Below, piece after piece: positions 62,159 through 64,000 of a stretch of DNA of 64,000 nt. The notes under the pieces were generated by a model, which was not told the DNA's origin, ran no database searches, and saw only the letters and a program-made list of their open reading frames with translations. How positions within the stretch are numbered: the first letter of the stretch is position 1; the number at the start of each line of letters is the position of its first letter. The position numbers and the translations under genes were made by a program. The stretch spans positions 447,303 to 511,302 of the forward strand of contig OY761553.1 of assembly GCA_963664735.1 (NCBI GenBank), given 5' to 3'. Source of the stretch: an uncultured Cohaesibacter sp. GTDB lineage: Bacteria; Pseudomonadota; Alphaproteobacteria; Rhizobiales; Cohaesibacteraceae.

Positions 62159-62545
62159 GTGGCTGGCAAATTTCAGGTTTTGACGATTTCAGATGAGGCG
62201 GCGGAGTTCATCCGGTCCGTTGTCGATGGGTCAGATGATGCCGTAAAAGGCATAAGGATCGGTGTTAAGAACGGCGGTTGTGCCGGCATGGAATATGTGC
62301 TGGACAAGGTCGTAGAGGTCGATCCGGCTGACGACGTTGTTGAAGACAAGGGTGTTTCGGTTTTTGTTGACCCGAAGGCTGTGCTGTTTTTGTTGGGAAC
62401 AGAGCTTGGATATGAGCAGACCAAGTTTCGCTCAGGGCTAACTTTTAATAACCCTAACCAAACTTCTGCTTGTGGCTGTGGGGAATCCGTATCTTTGACG
62501 CCTGTTGATCCCTCAGCTCTGGAAGCGATGAAAAGCTCAAATTGA
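62159..62545 (+). CDS. A-type Fe-S carrier (SufA/IscA/HesB family)
   Basis: ...GIRIGVKNGGCAGMEY... and the C-terminal ...CGCGESV motif. GTG start with GAAGGTG SD-like upstream. Confidence 0.85.
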   Translation: MAGKFQVLTISDEAAEFIRSVVDGSDDAVKGIRIGVKNGGCAGMEYVLDKVVEVDPADDVVEDKGVSVFVDPKAVLFLLGTELGYEQTKFRSGLTFNNPNQTSACGCGESVSLTPVDPSALEAMKSSN

Positions 62546-62586
62546 TGCCGGGCTCAGGCTGCCTACTGTTTTAACTCTTCGAGATT

Positions 62587-62614
62587 GAAAAAAGCGGCAA
62601 ATGCCGCTTTTTCT
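62587..62614. terminator. bidirectional rho-independent terminator (suf operon / GGDEF gene)
   Basis: GCGGC-AAAT-GCCGC stem flanked by AAAAAA and TTTTTCTGTTT. Confidence 0.7.
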
Positions 62615-62634
62615 GTTTGTTCGGTTGCGTTAGC

Positions 62635-63723
62635 TCACGCTGCGCCAGATGTGCTTGAAAGCACACTGACATCCGGGTCAGTTTCGCATTTGACCAAATT
62701 GCGTCCGCCTCTTTTGGCGGCATACATGCTCTGGTCTGCGCGCTCAATAAGGTCTTGCATGGTGTCGCCTTTTGCAAAGGTCGAGCAACCAATAGAGATG
62801 GTGATGCGACCCAGGTTTTCACCGGTGGAGCGTTTGATCAATTCTTTGGCCATCACGGCTTTGCGAATGCTCTCAGCCACGGCAACAGCTTGGCGCAAAT
62901 TGGTGTTTGGCAGGACAACGGCAAATTCTTCGCCGCCGTAACGGCAAGGAATATCACGGCCTTTGACATTCTGTTTCACCGCAACTGCGACGAGGCGCAA
63001 AACCTGATCGCCGGTCTGGTGTCCATATGTGTCGTTGAACTTTTTGAAATGATCGATGTCTGTCATCAGAAGGGAAAGTGGCTCGCCACTTTCGTCTGCT
63101 TCTTCCATTGCCTGTTCCAGAGAGCGGTCGAAGTGCTTTCTGTTGGCCAATGTGGTCAAGTCATCGGTCAGGGATTCATAGCGAATTGTATCGAGAGATT
63201 CTCGTAATTGCTGCACCTGAGCCTGAGAGGCTGCTAATTGTTCGCTGAGTGTACGGTTTTGTTCCTCAGCTTCCTTGGTTTCGGCAATAAGCTGGGTGAC
63301 AATCTCCCGGATTACCTTACGGTCTTCGGTTTGGGAGAGGTTATGCGACGCTCCCATCAGCGTGTTGCCATACTGGCTGGTTGCTGAAATGTAACCTTCC
63401 ACTTCCCGCACGATCGAGCGAATTTCGTTTGAAATTTTGCCGCCGACCTCATCAACTCGATCTCCAAGTCGACTAGGAGCAAGATGTTCGTTGTAGATTG
63501 CGTCGAGTTGCGAAAGTGTGATTGAGCCACTCGTGCGCAAAATGTCATTAATTGCTTTGTTTAGGCCGCGGTTGAAGCCTGCGGCGTAAGTATACCAAAT
63601 TTCATAATTGCGTGGGTAAGCCGGCATCTGATTTTTTTTCAGATTCCCCAGCGCTGACTCACCATAAATATATGTGCGTTTGAAATCGCTATTGTCCATC
63701 GCGTTTGCTACGTGATCAGTCAC
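62635..63723 (-). CDS. diguanylate cyclase (GGDEF domain) with an N-terminal coiled-coil/sensor region
   Basis: RYGGEEFAVVLP active site and DIDHFKKFNDTYGH. GTG start with GAGGGGA SD upstream. Confidence 0.88.
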   Translation of the reverse strand: MTDHVANAMDNSDFKRTYIYGESALGNLKKNQMPAYPRNYEIWYTYAAGFNRGLNKAINDILRTSGSITLSQLDAIYNEHLAPSRLGDRVDEVGGKISNEIRSIVREVEGYISATSQYGNTLMGASHNLSQTEDRKVIREIVTQLIAETKEAEEQNRTLSEQLAASQAQVQQLRESLDTIRYESLTDDLTTLANRKHFDRSLEQAMEEADESGEPLSLLMTDIDHFKKFNDTYGHQTGDQVLRLVAVAVKQNVKGRDIPCRYGGEEFAVVLPNTNLRQAVAVAESIRKAVMAKELIKRSTGENLGRITISIGCSTFAKGDTMQDLIERADQSMYAAKRGGRNLVKCETDPDVSVLSSTSGAA

Positions 63724-63922
63724 GCAATCCCCTCGGTTCGCCCCAAATTGTGTCTGAGTTTAGAGGAATAAGGCTTAAAACGACGTTAAACATTAAATGT
63801 TTTGGACAAATGCAGCGCTAAAAGCTTCTGCGCGTTTCTTCGCTTTTCTTTTGAATCTTTAATTATACAATTGGTTAATAAATCGATATATGCAGATTTA
63901 TTGTTTAGTTGTTTCAATTAAG

Positions 63923-63986
63923 GCAAACAAAAAGGTGCCATTGTTGAGTCTGCAAAACTATAAACAGACTCAACAATGGCACCTTT
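63923..63986 (-). terminator. very strong hairpin (22-bp perfect stem), probably a minus-strand terminator for a gene beyond the window end
   Basis: AAAGGTGCCATTGTTGAGTCTG-CAAAACTATAAA-CAGACTCAACAATGGCACCTTT. On the minus strand it is followed by TTTTGTTTG. Confidence 0.55.
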
Positions 63987-64000
63987 AAACAACAAATGGT

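Noticed and set aside
61989-62183. A 64-aa ORF in the spacer before the sufA-like gene.
   Set aside because: It overlaps the sufA-like start in another frame, is Cys/Lys/Gly-rich with no recognisable fold, and has no SD.

Overview
This window looks like core chromosome from an alphaproteobacterium, probably Hyphomicrobiales/Rhizobiales-like, with GC near 50% by eye. That call rests on protein motifs and gene order: hdaA-ppk-ppx, NDUFA12-DUF2155-aat-accC-accB-aroQ-dsbA-M48, rne-amiC-mrcA-prfB, tyrS/anmK, and a long suf Fe-S assembly operon. I support about 47 protein-coding genes. Several start codons were moved downstream of the longest ORF where family-typical N-termini, signal peptides and SD-like sequences argue for it. 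prfB carries the classical programmed +1 frameshift (CTT TGA C preceded by AGGAGG). I also call about a dozen rho-independent terminators and candidate operators: tandem NrdR boxes upstream of nrdJ, and an Irr ICE-like box plus a 10-bp-arm palindrome upstream of the suf operon. I found no tRNA or rRNA genes, no CRISPR array, no transposase or integrase, and no recognisable defence or toxin-antitoxin genes, so I cannot honestly claim a new system here. The least explained material is: (i) a 715-aa exported orphan protein followed by two tandem CSS-motif EAL phosphodiesterases (12046-17967); (ii) an acidic 230-aa orphan (5660-6352); (iii) a 25/27-nt tandem duplication with G6/G8 tracts covering the ribosome-binding site and GTG start of a LysE exporter; (iv) a His-rich insert in NrdJ; and (v) several structured intergenic elements. 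All family assignments come from reading translated motifs, not from database searches.
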